From: a bacterium
Lineage (GTDB): Bacteria > UBA8248
Length of the DNA stretch: 64,000 nucleotides
Assembly (NCBI GenBank): GCA_965221165.1
Contig: CBDCRP010000003.1
Span: 1 to 64,000 of the forward strand
Reading direction: 5' to 3'
The notes beneath the pieces were generated by a model, which did not search any database, had not been told where the DNA came from, and saw only the letters and a program-made list of their open reading frames with translations. Positions 1 through 9,686 of this stretch are shown here, one piece after another. Position 1 is the first letter of the stretch; every line of letters starts with the position of its first letter. Position numbers and translations under genes: made by a program.

Positions 1-85
1 TCATTTTGGGGTAAGCAAAGGGGTACGAGGTCTTTTTCACTTGACCCATACTCCCCTTTTCCTTTCTTAATGAGAGGAAAATAAC

Positions 86-880
86 GTGGACTTAAGGATC
101 AAAGGAAAAGCGGCCCTGGTGACGGGAGGCAGCCGGGGCATCGGCCGCGAGACGGCGAGGCGCTTCCTGGAAGAGGGCGCGCGAGTGTTCACCTGCGCGA
201 GAAACGAAGAGGCTCTCGCAGAAACCTGCGCCGGGCTCGCCGCCGAGACGGGAGGCGAAATCCACTACGCCGTAGCCGATACCTCGAATGCGGCCGAACT
301 CGCCCCGCTGGTCGAGCGCGCGCAGGAAAAACTGGGGAGCATCGACATTCTGGTGAACAACGCGGGCACCATGAGTTCGGGCAGGTTCGAAGTGTTGGAC
401 GACGATGCCTTACAAAAACAACTCGACACCAAATTGTTCGGTTTCCTGCGCCTCATCCGCCTCGTGGAGCCGGGGATGCGCGCCAAAGGATGGGGCCGCA
501 TCGTGAACATGATCGGCGGCGCGGGCAAAGAGCCGGACCCCTATATGTTCGGGAGCGGCATGACGAACAGCGCGCTCTTGAACATGACGAAATCGCTTTC
601 CACCGAATTCGGCGAAGCGGGAATTCACGTGAACGCGGTATGTCCCGGCTGGGTGGACACTGCGCTCTGGAGAATGAACGCACAGGGCCTCGCCGCCGAA
701 CTGGAGACGGACTCGGAAGAAGAGGCGCGCCGCCGCGCGGCGCGCAAAAACGCGCTGGGCCGTTTCGGCAGGCCGGAAGAGTTGGCCGACGCCATCGTCT
801 TTCTCTGCTCGGAACGAGCGAGCTACATCACCGGAATTTCTCTCAATCTCGATGGCGGCAGGCTCAAATCGCTCTGGTAG
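86..880 (+). CDS. Short-chain dehydrogenase/reductase (SDR)
   Basis: TGGSRGIG Rossmann motif, NNAG, NAVCPGWVDT and C-terminal LDGG; GAGGA RBS before the GTG start. The usual YxxxK catalytic motif is not evident. Confidence 0.9.
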   Translation: MDLRIKGKAALVTGGSRGIGRETARRFLEEGARVFTCARNEEALAETCAGLAAETGGEIHYAVADTSNAAELAPLVERAQEKLGSIDILVNNAGTMSSGRFEVLDDDALQKQLDTKLFGFLRLIRLVEPGMRAKGWGRIVNMIGGAGKEPDPYMFGSGMTNSALLNMTKSLSTEFGEAGIHVNAVCPGWVDTALWRMNAQGLAAELETDSEEEARRRAARKNALGRFGRPEELADAIVFLCSERASYITGISLNLDGGRLKSLW

Positions 881-897
881 ATCAATCGCGGCTGATG

Positions 898-1042
898 AGG
901 GAGCGATTGTTGCCCCTACGGGTCAATCCCAGTAAAGAGGGGGGTGCTGGTTTTGTAGGGTCAGACATATATGTCTACCACCTGTGTGTTCTCCCGCGTT
1001 CGATATGACCCCTGGTTCCGTAGGGACAGGTCGCGACCTGTC
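898..1042. repeat. Cluster of three GTAG-type REP-like palindromes
   Basis: GTAG at 1020 followed by perfect palindrome GACAGGTCGCGACCTGTC (1025-1042); GTAG at 955 followed by perfect palindrome AGACATATATGTCT (963-976); minus-strand GTAGGGGCAACAATCGCTCCCT (919-898). Lies between convergent genes. Confidence 0.6.
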
Positions 1043-1088
1043 GTTGCACTCCGCCGGTTAGATCCGAAAGCCCTCGCTTGCGCGAACA

Positions 1089-1400
1089 TCACCCCATCGT
1101 CGAATCGAGGGCTTCGAGGAATTTCACACCCACGGGCTCTGCGAGCAGGTCGGGCAGCTTCGCCCGGAAATTCTTGTAGTGCGTCTCTTCGCGGTGCGCG
1201 TCGAGTGCGGCTTGTGATTTCCAGCATTCGATGAAGTGAAACGCGCCCGCCTCGTCCGTCGCCTTGAAGAGATTGTAGAAAATGCATCCCTCCTCGGCGC
1301 GCGAGGGGGCGCACATTCCCCCCAAAAGTTCGGCCATCTCGTCTTCTTTTCCCGGCTTTGGTTTGAGCCATGCGATCAGGAATACTCTCTCATCCGCCAT
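1089..1400 (-). CDS. Putative quinol monooxygenase (ABM family)
   Basis: KPKPGKEDE...SRAEEGCIFYNL...FIECWKSQAALDAH; GGAGG RBS supports the ATG at 1400. Confidence 0.88.
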   Translation of the reverse strand: MADERVFLIAWLKPKPGKEDEMAELLGGMCAPSRAEEGCIFYNLFKATDEAGAFHFIECWKSQAALDAHREETHYKNFRAKLPDLLAEPVGVKFLEALDSTMG

Positions 1401-1560
1401 TGTCCGCCTCCCGTTCATGGAATAACTGTCAAGTCGTTTGAATAGCCCATTCTATCCTCCGGGCGGGGATGTGACCAGGTGGGTCGGGTGGAGTCGCCGT
1501 CTGGACGATTTCAGGCCGCCTCCTCGCCTCATGAGGGTTCGCGGTGTATAGTCCCGCCGC

Positions 1561-2463
1561 ATGAGCGAGTGGATATCATCATGGCGCAGTCCTGAATTTC
1601 TCGCCGTGGCGACCTCGTTCACCTATTCCATCACACTCGTAGCGGTGCGCCGGGCGATGACGACCGGAAGCCCGCTGATGAGCATCATCGTCTTGAATTC
1701 GCTGGTGAGCCTGGTGGGGCTGGCGGCCGCTTTTTTCGAGGGAACCCTTTTTTCCGCCGACTTGAGAGCCCTCGGCTGGTTCGCTCTTACGGGGGTTGCG
1801 GGCCACGGCACGGGGAGTCTTCTTTTCTTCTCGGCCATCGAGCGCATGGGCGTGAGCCGGGCCACTGCGGTCCATTCGTCCGCTCCGCTTTGGGGCGTTC
1901 TTTGCGCCGTCGTCTTTCTGGGAGAGGAGCCGGGAACCTATGTGCTCCTGGGAACCTTGGGTATCGTCGGGGGCGTTTTTCTGCTCTCCTGGCCGGAGAA
2001 GAAGCGCAACAGGGGCGGGCCTGAAAACCTGACGCGGAGAGAGTACCTCCTGCCGCTTGTCTCATCCGTGTGCTATGCGATTGCGCCGGTGTTCGCCAAG
2101 CCGGGTCTCGCCCGCCAGGAAGCGCCCTACCTGGGCTTCGGCGTGGCGTTCGGCTCAGGGCTTTTGCTCATGCTGGCGGTGAGGCGCATGATGCCCGGCG
2201 GCGGGGTGATACGGGGAAACATGGCGACACTCAGGACGCTGCTGGTAGGCCTTCCGTTCAACGTCATCGCCGCGTTTTTGATGTGGACGGCGTTCGTGAC
2301 GGGCATGGTGTCGAGCGTCTTGCCGCTGAGCCGGATGACGCCTCTGTGGGTGATCCTGTTCAGCTTTCTGTTTCTGGGGAAAATAGAGCGCGTGGCCCCT
2401 AAAACGGCGGTCTCCGCGTGCCTCGTCGTGGCCGGCGGGGTGATGATCACCCTGCTCCGCTAA
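1561..2463 (+). CDS. DMT/EamA-family transporter
   Basis: About 10 hydrophobic helices in two repeats; AIERMGVSRA and FLGEEP motifs. Confidence 0.88.
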   Translation: MSEWISSWRSPEFLAVATSFTYSITLVAVRRAMTTGSPLMSIIVLNSLVSLVGLAAAFFEGTLFSADLRALGWFALTGVAGHGTGSLLFFSAIERMGVSRATAVHSSAPLWGVLCAVVFLGEEPGTYVLLGTLGIVGGVFLLSWPEKKRNRGGPENLTRREYLLPLVSSVCYAIAPVFAKPGLARQEAPYLGFGVAFGSGLLLMLAVRRMMPGGGVIRGNMATLRTLLVGLPFNVIAAFLMWTAFVTGMVSSVLPLSRMTPLWVILFSFLFLGKIERVAPKTAVSACLVVAGGVMITLLR

Positions 2464-2509
2464 CACGCTCTCCGCGGCGGGACGCATGGTTCAGGAGTTG
2501 TGAGTTTAT

Positions 2510-3409
2510 ATGTCGGGTCTTTTCGCACAAGCGGGTTGGGGGGAATTGCTGGCGGTAGGGGCGTCTCTCTCTTATTCGGCGTCCCTCATCGCGATCCGCC
2601 AGGGGGTGAGGAGCGCGACGCCGATAGCGGGCGTCCTGATCCTGAGCGCGACGGTCTCGGTGCTGGGTCTCGTCATCGCCGCCGCTCGCGGCACGCTCTT
2701 AGAATCCACCCTCACCCCCGTATTGCTCTTCATGCTCGGCGGGTGCCTCGGCCAGGGCGTGGGGCAGCTTACGAGCGCCATCGGCATCGAGAAGATGGGC
2801 GTGAGCCGCTCCGTACCCATACAATCATCCACCCCCATCTTTTCGGTCACCTTCGCCATGATTTTCCTGGGCGAGCGGCCCGGCATAGGCGTGGGGATGG
2901 GGACGCTCCTCATCGTGGCGGGCATCTGCCTCCTCTCGCTGGGCGAGCGGCGCAGCCACCAGAGTTTCAAGAATTTCTTTCAGGGCGCGCTCGTCTATCC
3001 GCTCACCTCGGCGTTCTCCTACGCTCTGCTGCCCGTTCTGGCGAACGTCGCGTTCACCTACCAGAAAACCCCCATCGTGGGCTTCGCCTGCGCCTTCACG
3101 GCGGGCACCCTGCTCCTGGCGGTAACGCGCCCCCTGCTGCCCGGCGGCGGCAAGCTCAAGGCCGATGCGAGGGCCGTCTACTTGTTTCTCGGCGCAGGAG
3201 TCACCACCACGCTGGCGGCCATCATGTTCTGGAAGGCCATGACCATCGCACCCGTCTCGACCGTGATGCCGCTGAGCAGGCTCGTGCCCCTGTGGGTGGT
3301 CTTGTGGACCTATTTCTTTCTGGGCGGGCTCGAGCGCATTACCTCGCGCATTGTACTGGCGGCGATGATGGTCGTGGCGGGCGGGGTGCTGATCACCGCT
3401 TTCAAGTAA
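2510..3409 (+). CDS. DMT/EamA-family transporter
   Basis: Paralog of its neighbours; GIEKMGVSRS, FLGERP, PLSRLVPLWV. Confidence 0.88.
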   Translation: MSGLFAQAGWGELLAVGASLSYSASLIAIRQGVRSATPIAGVLILSATVSVLGLVIAAARGTLLESTLTPVLLFMLGGCLGQGVGQLTSAIGIEKMGVSRSVPIQSSTPIFSVTFAMIFLGERPGIGVGMGTLLIVAGICLLSLGERRSHQSFKNFFQGALVYPLTSAFSYALLPVLANVAFTYQKTPIVGFACAFTAGTLLLAVTRPLLPGGGKLKADARAVYLFLGAGVTTTLAAIMFWKAMTIAPVSTVMPLSRLVPLWVVLWTYFFLGGLERITSRIVLAAMMVVAGGVLITAFK

Positions 3410-3460
3410 TACGCCCGCGCTTTCTCGCGCGAAAACCTTGGGGCGTGTATAGTCGCGCGC

Positions 3461-4366
3461 ATGAACGCGCAAGGGCCTTTTTTTATGTCGGGCGAAATCC
3501 TCGCTCTCTCATCTTCGTTCATCTATTCGGCGGCGCTCATCTCCTTCCGCCGGGGACTCAGGAACGCCTCTCCCATCACCGGGGTGCTCATCACCAACGC
3601 CGTGGCGAGTTTTCTCCTCTTAAGCCTCGCGTTTATCCTCGGTACGCTGCAGACCTCATCGCTCAAACCCGTCTTGTGGTTCATGCTGGCGGGATGTCTG
3701 GGGCAGGGAATGGGCCACCTCGCTTCCTATACGGCCATTCAGCGCATCGGCGCGAGCCGGACGAGTCCGGTGCAGGCTTCGGCCCCGATATGGGCGGTTT
3801 TCTTCGCCGCCTTCTTTCTGGGGGAAGAGCCGGGCGTGGCGGTCGTGCTCGGCACGCTCTCCATCGTAGGCGGCGTGGCGCTCATCTCTATGGGCGAGGG
3901 CAAGGATGTCGCCAAGGGCGGCATGGGGCCGGAATTCCGCCGCGCGCTGATTTTCCCCGTCTTCGCCTCGTTCATGTACGCCGCTATGCCGGTGATCGCG
4001 AAAATCGGCTATGCCGAGCAGAGAACGCCCTTCGCGGCGGTAGGCTTCGCTTTTCTGGCGGGCTGCATCTTCCTGCTGGTGGCGAAGCCGTTCCTGGGCG
4101 CGAGCGGCAGAATCTACGCGGCCAGGCGCGGCGTCTGCTGGATGCTGCTGGGCTCGGTGTTCTCCGCCACCGCCACGGGGATTTTGTGGTACACCCTCAC
4201 GTTCTCGGACGTCACCGTCGTGCTCCCCCTGAGCCGCACCGCCCCGATATGGGTGGTGCTCTTGAGCCTCATCTTCATGGGCGACATGGAGCGCGTGAAC
4301 GCGCGCCTTTTCGGCGCGGCGGGGCTGGTGGTGTTCGGGGGATTTTTGATCACGAGTTTTCGGTGA
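3461..4366 (+). CDS. DMT/EamA-family transporter
   Basis: AIQRIGASRT, FLGEEP, PLSRTAPIWV; about 10 TM helices. Confidence 0.88.
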   Translation: MNAQGPFFMSGEILALSSSFIYSAALISFRRGLRNASPITGVLITNAVASFLLLSLAFILGTLQTSSLKPVLWFMLAGCLGQGMGHLASYTAIQRIGASRTSPVQASAPIWAVFFAAFFLGEEPGVAVVLGTLSIVGGVALISMGEGKDVAKGGMGPEFRRALIFPVFASFMYAAMPVIAKIGYAEQRTPFAAVGFAFLAGCIFLLVAKPFLGASGRIYAARRGVCWMLLGSVFSATATGILWYTLTFSDVTVVLPLSRTAPIWVVLLSLIFMGDMERVNARLFGAAGLVVFGGFLITSFR

Positions 4367-4456
4367 ATTAAATATTAAGTAACAGTATATTACATACAAT
4401 AGATAAAGTATTACTTTAATAAACAAAGCACCGGAAACACCTGGTAGGCCTTATGC

Positions 4457-7198
4457 TCATCGCCGCCGTCTTCTCACCTTTCTCACCCTCACGGCGCAGA
4501 ACTTGAATTCCGGTATCTTTCCGTAGGGGTCGAGGTCGTCTACGGTGAGCAGGTTCGCGGCGGCCTCCACGTAGTGGAAGGGGATGAATACCTGGCCGGA
4601 CCGCACGCGCGCCGAGGCCCGGGCGGGGAGGGTGATCTCCCCGCGTCTCGATTCCACCCGGACGTCCGCATCGTTTTTGAGCCTCAAGCGTTTCAGGTCG
4701 TCGGGCGCCATTTCCACATAAGGGCCGGGCTCTGCGGCCTCTAAAGCCTGCGCCCTTCTGGTGATGGCCCCCGTGTGCCAGTGGTAGATGTTTCGCCCCG
4801 TGTTGAGCACGAAGGGATAATCATCATCGGGCATCTCCTTGGCGGGGGCATACTGGACGGGAATGAGCTTTCCCTTGCCGGACGGGAACGATCTGGTGAA
4901 CAAAATTTCCGTGCCCTGATGGTTGGGTCTGGTGCACGGCCAGACGAGTCCGTGATCTCCTAAGCGATCATACGACATTCCCGCCATGAACGGTGTTAAG
5001 GATGCGATTTCATCGAAAATCTCGTCTTCCGAGTCATAGTCCATCGGATAGCCGAGGCGTTCTGATAATTCGGCCACGATTCGCCAGTCCTCCCGCGCCT
5101 CGCCGGGCGGGCCGATGGCGCACCTGCCGATCTGAACTCTCCTGTCTGTATTCGTATAGGTGCCCGTTTTTTCGAAAAAAGCCGTGGAGGGGAGCACCAC
5201 GTCGGCGAAATAGGCGGTTTCGGTCAGGAAAATGTCCTGTACGACGAGGAATTCGAGATTGGCGAGCGCCCCCCTTGAGTGGTTGAGGTTCGGGTCGCTC
5301 ATGGCCGGGTTCTCGCCCATGATGTACATGCCCTTTATATCGCCCCGGTTGGCGGCGTCGGCGATTTCCATGACGGTCAGGCCGGGTTTTGGGTCGAGTT
5401 CCCGGCCCCAGGCCTCTTCAAATTTTTTCCGGATTTTCGGTGAAGAAACGTCCTGATAGGCGGAATAGACCATGGGGATGAGGCCCACGTCCGATGCGCC
5501 TTGCACGTTGTTCTGCCCGCGCAGGGGGTGTAAACCCGTTCCTTCGCGCCCGATATGGCCGCAAATCAGGCAAAGAGCGATGAGTGCCCGGCAGTTGTCC
5601 GTGCCGTGGGTGTGCTGGGAGAGGCCCATACCCCAGAAGATCATGCTGCGCTCAGCCGTCGCGTACTCTCTGGCCAGTTCCCTGAGCGTTTCGGGGGGAG
5701 TTCCCGTGAGTTTGGCGACGTTCTCGGGCGTATAGGGTTTCACGTTTTCTATGAGTTCTTTGAATCCCTCGGTTCGCGCGGCGACGAAATCGGCGTTGTA
5801 GAGCTTCTCCTCGATCACCACGTTCAAAAGCCCGTTGAACAGCGCCACGTCCGTGCCGGGGCGGAACTGCACGAACATATCCGCATGGTCGACGAGGTCG
5901 ATTCTTCTGGGATCGATGACGGCCAGCGTGGCGCCCGCATTGGAAGCCTGTTTGATGAAGGTGGCGGCCACGGGGTGGTTCTCGGTGGCGTTCGCGCCCG
6001 CAACGAGGATGAAATCCGCCTTCAGCGCGTCCGAGAAGGGGTTGCTCACGGCGCTCGAGCCGATGGTCTGGGAAAGAGCGGCCACAGAACTCGCATGGCA
6101 AAGCCGCGTGCAGTGATCCACGTTGTTCGTGCCGAATACGGCGCGGATGAGTTTCTGGAAGAGATAATTATCCTCGTTCGAGCATTTGGCAGAACCGAAG
6201 CCGGCCATACTCGAGGGGCCGTGGGTTTCATGGATTTTCCCGAGTGAACTCGCGGCGAGTTCCATGGCTTCATCCCAACTCGCCTCGCGGAACAAGGAAA
6301 GCGGATCTCCGGGCAATTCCGTCGTCTTGGGCGCGCCCTCTTTTCGGATGAGGGGGGTCGTCAACCTGTCCGGGTGATGGGCGTAGTCGAACCCGTAGCG
6401 CCCCTTCACGCAGAGCCTGCCCTGGTTCACGGGACTCGTCTCATCCCCCCGTACGCTCAAAAGGGTGTTGCCCGCCACCTCGTAGGTGATGGCGCAGCCC
6501 ACGCCGCAGTAGGGGCAGATGGAGTCCACCTCTTCCGAGTCGCCAGGAGCGATTTGCAGCGTGAGGGATTTGTTGGTGAGCGCGTCCGTGGGGCAGGCGG
6601 CCATGCACTCCCCGCAGGAGACGCAAGTGGATTCTCCCATCGGCGAATCCGCATCGAACACGATACGCGCGCTCCCGCCTCTGCCGCCGCGCCCGATGAC
6701 GTTGTTGCCCTGAACGTCCGTGCAGGCGCGGATGCAGCGATCGCACAGGATGCACGCGCTGTGGTCCACGGCGATGACCGAAGATGAATTATCGCGCTCG
6801 CGCGGCGTCTCCGCAGGCGGGAGTGTGCTCACGCCGTTGCTGACTTCCATCTGTTCGGCGAGTGCGGTGAGTTCACAGTTAGCAGGCTCGGACTCCGCGC
6901 CGTGGTCGGCCATCAGCATGGCCACCAGCGTTTTCTGCGCGCGCAGGACACGCTCTGTTTGCGTGTGGATCACCATGCCGGGTTCGACCTTCCGGTGGCA
7001 GGAGGGAACCAGCGTTCGCGCGCCCTCGACCTCCACGGCGCACACGCGGCACACGCCCACGGGGTCCATGCCGGGCTGGTGGCAGAGTTTCGGTATATCG
7101 ACCCCTATCGACAGGGCAACCTCCCAGATGCGCGCGCCGGCTTCCGTCTTGATTTTCTGCCCGTCGATGGTGATGGCTATCGTCTTTTCGTCAGACAT
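4457..7198 (-). CDS. fdhF: Formate dehydrogenase alpha subunit (Mo/W-bisPGD, Cys ligand)
   Basis: N-terminal 2Fe-2S (LCH...GVCRVC...SC), two CxxCxxCxxxC motifs, CPYCGVGC, LCVKG, HCTRLCHASS active site, PLRGQNNVQG, C-terminal PEFKFCAV. Confidence 0.95.
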   Translation of the reverse strand: MSDEKTIAITIDGQKIKTEAGARIWEVALSIGVDIPKLCHQPGMDPVGVCRVCAVEVEGARTLVPSCHRKVEPGMVIHTQTERVLRAQKTLVAMLMADHGAESEPANCELTALAEQMEVSNGVSTLPPAETPRERDNSSSVIAVDHSACILCDRCIRACTDVQGNNVIGRGGRGGSARIVFDADSPMGESTCVSCGECMAACPTDALTNKSLTLQIAPGDSEEVDSICPYCGVGCAITYEVAGNTLLSVRGDETSPVNQGRLCVKGRYGFDYAHHPDRLTTPLIRKEGAPKTTELPGDPLSLFREASWDEAMELAASSLGKIHETHGPSSMAGFGSAKCSNEDNYLFQKLIRAVFGTNNVDHCTRLCHASSVAALSQTIGSSAVSNPFSDALKADFILVAGANATENHPVAATFIKQASNAGATLAVIDPRRIDLVDHADMFVQFRPGTDVALFNGLLNVVIEEKLYNADFVAARTEGFKELIENVKPYTPENVAKLTGTPPETLRELAREYATAERSMIFWGMGLSQHTHGTDNCRALIALCLICGHIGREGTGLHPLRGQNNVQGASDVGLIPMVYSAYQDVSSPKIRKKFEEAWGRELDPKPGLTVMEIADAANRGDIKGMYIMGENPAMSDPNLNHSRGALANLEFLVVQDIFLTETAYFADVVLPSTAFFEKTGTYTNTDRRVQIGRCAIGPPGEAREDWRIVAELSERLGYPMDYDSEDEIFDEIASLTPFMAGMSYDRLGDHGLVWPCTRPNHQGTEILFTRSFPSGKGKLIPVQYAPAKEMPDDDYPFVLNTGRNIYHWHTGAITRRAQALEAAEPGPYVEMAPDDLKRLRLKNDADVRVESRRGEITLPARASARVRSGQVFIPFHYVEAAANLLTVDDLDPYGKIPEFKFCAVRVRKVRRRRR

Positions 7199-7213
7199 TT
7201 CTCAGCCCCGGTT

Positions 7214-8863
7214 TCACTTGAGCCTCGCTTCGATATCCGCCGCGAAGTATTCTAACAAAGAAAGATAGGGAATGGGCGCGGCCTGGCCCAATCCGCAGAT
7301 GGAGGTGTCCTTCATGGCGTCGCATATCTCGCGCATGGCGGGCAGTTCCGATGCTCTGGCCTCTCCGCTAAGGACCCGCTCTAAGAAGGCGGTGAGTTTT
7401 TCCGTTCCCAGGCGGCAGGGCACGCACTTTCCGCAGGACTCGTCTCTGAAAAAGCGCACCACGTTGTGGGCGAGCGCCACCATGTCTACCCCCTCGGGAA
7501 TGACGACGAGCGCCCCGCTGCCCAGCATGCTGCCCGCCTCCTGAAGGGGCGTGAAGTCGTAGGGAACGTCCACTAGGCTGGCGGGCAAAAATCCGCTGCT
7601 CGCGCCTCCCGGTGAGAACGCCATTAAGCGCGCGCCCTCGGGCAGCCCGCCCGCGGGACCCTCGATGATCTCACCGATGGGCGTTCCGAACTCCACCTCG
7701 TAGACCCCCGGTTTTCGTACCGCACCGCTCACGCCCACCACCTTGAAGCCTTTCCCGCCGTTTCGTCCGAAGGAGGAGAACCAGGCGGCTCCTTTTTTGA
7801 GCACCGCCGGTATGAGCGCGAAGGTCTCGACGTTGTTGATGAGGGTGGGCTTGCCGAACAGGCCCTCGGAGCCGGGGAAGGGAGGTTTGTCGCGGGGCTG
7901 GGCGCGCTTGTCTTCCAGAACTTCGAGCAGCGCCGTCTCTTCCCCGCAGATGTATCCACCGGGACTCGTGAAGATTTCGAGAGTGGGCGTGTTCTTCGCC
8001 CCGAGCAGGCGGGCCTTGCGCGCGCGCTCGATGGCGCGCTCCAATTTTCTCGCCTGCGCGCCGTATTCGTGGCGTATGTAGATGATGGCGCGCTTCGCCC
8101 CGACGGCCCGGCAGGCGATGAGGATTCCCTCGACCACGAGTTCGGGGTGTGAATCCATGATGGCGCGGTCCTTGAACGTGCCGGGCTCGCTCTCATCGGC
8201 GTTGCAGACGACGAATTTCTCCTCCCCCGGCGCGCTCAGGACGAAACTCCACTTGAGCCCGACCGGAAAGCCCGCCCCGCCCATGCCGCGCAGGCCGCTT
8301 TCCTTGAGGACTTCGATGACGCTTTCAGGCTTTTCGCTTTTCATCAGGGAGCGCAGGACGCCATACGCCTGATTCTTGCGGTACGGATTCAGGCGGGATG
8401 CGTTTGTTAGTTTCTGCGCTCTGGAGGCGGGTCTTGGCGCTCCGTTTTTCCAGGACTCGAGAATCTTTTGAAATTTCTCATCCGTGAGAGATGAATAAAT
8501 GCGACCCTCGATTTCGGCGGCAGGCCCCTTGTCGCACCGGCCCAGGCAGGCGCAACTCTTCGGCTGAGCGTTTCTGACTCCTGCGCGGCGGGCGAGTTTT
8601 TTTGCGTTTTGAAGGAGTGTCTCGCCGCCTGCGAGCATGCAACTCATGTCCCGGCAGATGTGGATATTCGGTTTTGCGGGTTTTTCCAGATGAAAGTGCG
8701 GGAAAAAGCTGGCGATGCCGTATGACTCGTATATGGGCACGCCCAGGTCTTTGGAAATCTCCGTAATCGCTTCCTTGGAGAGATAGCCTTCTTCTTTTTG
8801 GCGTGAAAGCAGGGCTTCGATTTTAGCGGGAGATTCATAGGTCGTCGACGCATCGTTCATCAT
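7214..8863 (-). CDS. NAD-linked FDH beta subunit, NuoE-NuoF fusion (2Fe-2S, FMN, 4Fe-4S)
   Basis: CRDMSC...CLGRC (NuoE-like); GLRGMGGAGFPVG, CNADESEPGTFKDR, YICGEETAL, ESCGKCVPCR, ICGLG (NuoF-like). GGAG RBS before ATG 8863. Confidence 0.92.
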   Translation of the reverse strand: MMNDASTTYESPAKIEALLSRQKEEGYLSKEAITEISKDLGVPIYESYGIASFFPHFHLEKPAKPNIHICRDMSCMLAGGETLLQNAKKLARRAGVRNAQPKSCACLGRCDKGPAAEIEGRIYSSLTDEKFQKILESWKNGAPRPASRAQKLTNASRLNPYRKNQAYGVLRSLMKSEKPESVIEVLKESGLRGMGGAGFPVGLKWSFVLSAPGEEKFVVCNADESEPGTFKDRAIMDSHPELVVEGILIACRAVGAKRAIIYIRHEYGAQARKLERAIERARKARLLGAKNTPTLEIFTSPGGYICGEETALLEVLEDKRAQPRDKPPFPGSEGLFGKPTLINNVETFALIPAVLKKGAAWFSSFGRNGGKGFKVVGVSGAVRKPGVYEVEFGTPIGEIIEGPAGGLPEGARLMAFSPGGASSGFLPASLVDVPYDFTPLQEAGSMLGSGALVVIPEGVDMVALAHNVVRFFRDESCGKCVPCRLGTEKLTAFLERVLSGEARASELPAMREICDAMKDTSICGLGQAAPIPYLSLLEYFAADIEARLK

Positions 8864-9014
8864 TGCAGTCTCCACGTGAGTCGCGACACAACACAAATTA
8901 TTCTAAGGGTAGGCTGCGCGCGGTGTCCAGCCATATTTCCCGGGTGGTCTGTGGCGGGGAGGTGACCCGGCTTTTCGCGCTCATGCGCGGGCGTGATTGT
9001 CCTCGGGATGAGGC

Positions 9015-9632
9015 TTGAGAGCCGCCGCGCTTGTCGAGTACATTGGGAGTCTTCGCGGGGGGATAATTCGCAGCTGGCACGAGGAGTTCGGTTTGGCCGC
9101 TTTGGTTCGCTCTTTTCATTTCGCCCTTCTCGTATCGTGGCTCGCCCTCACGCTGGGCGTTTGGTGGGTGGCGACGAATTCATTCGATACGTTCGATGTG
9201 GAGAAAAACCCGGTGGCGTCGAAGCTGTTCGAACCCGCCTCGACGACGGAAATCAAGGCCCGCATGGCCGCGAGAGAAGTGAACGCCCGCATTTTCCAGT
9301 CCTGGAATCGTCTGCAACTCATTTTTTGCGTCTTGTTGTTTCTCCTCATTTGGCGCGCAGGGCGGATGAGCGTTGCGCCGCTCGCGCTGGCCGGGTGTCT
9401 GCTTCTCATCGTGTGTGTGCACGTCTTTTGGTTCTCACCGAAAATAGAAGCGCTCGGAAGAATCCTCACAAGTGCCGAGGCTTCGGGAAACCCGCCGGCC
9501 CTGAAAGATGAATTCGGGCGCTACCACGGCGCCTACGTAATCACGGACGTGCTCAAGGCGTGCATACTGCTCGCGGCGGTATGGATTTCTCCGTGGCGCG
9601 CGACCTTCGGGAGCGAAGCGCCGCGCGAGTGA
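9015..9632 (+). CDS. DUF4149/TMEM205-like membrane protein (start uncertain)
   Basis: Four hydrophobic segments and a FGRYHG motif before the last helix. Confidence 0.6.
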   Translation: MRAAALVEYIGSLRGGIIRSWHEEFGLAALVRSFHFALLVSWLALTLGVWWVATNSFDTFDVEKNPVASKLFEPASTTEIKARMAAREVNARIFQSWNRLQLIFCVLLFLLIWRAGRMSVAPLALAGCLLLIVCVHVFWFSPKIEALGRILTSAEASGNPPALKDEFGRYHGAYVITDVLKACILLAAVWISPWRATFGSEAPRE

Positions 9633-9686
9633 AGGGGAGGAAGGGATGCCGCGTTGTCGTTTTGCTCGCCGACGTGGGGTAGTGTC

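Noticed and set aside
2500-4371. 623-aa plus-strand ORF spanning two EamA genes
   Set aside because: Arg/Gly/His-rich alternate-frame shadow of real genes, typical of high-GC DNA.
6090-6115. Possible selenocysteine in formate dehydrogenase
   Set aside because: The active-site codon is TGC (RLCHAS) and the ORF is uninterrupted.
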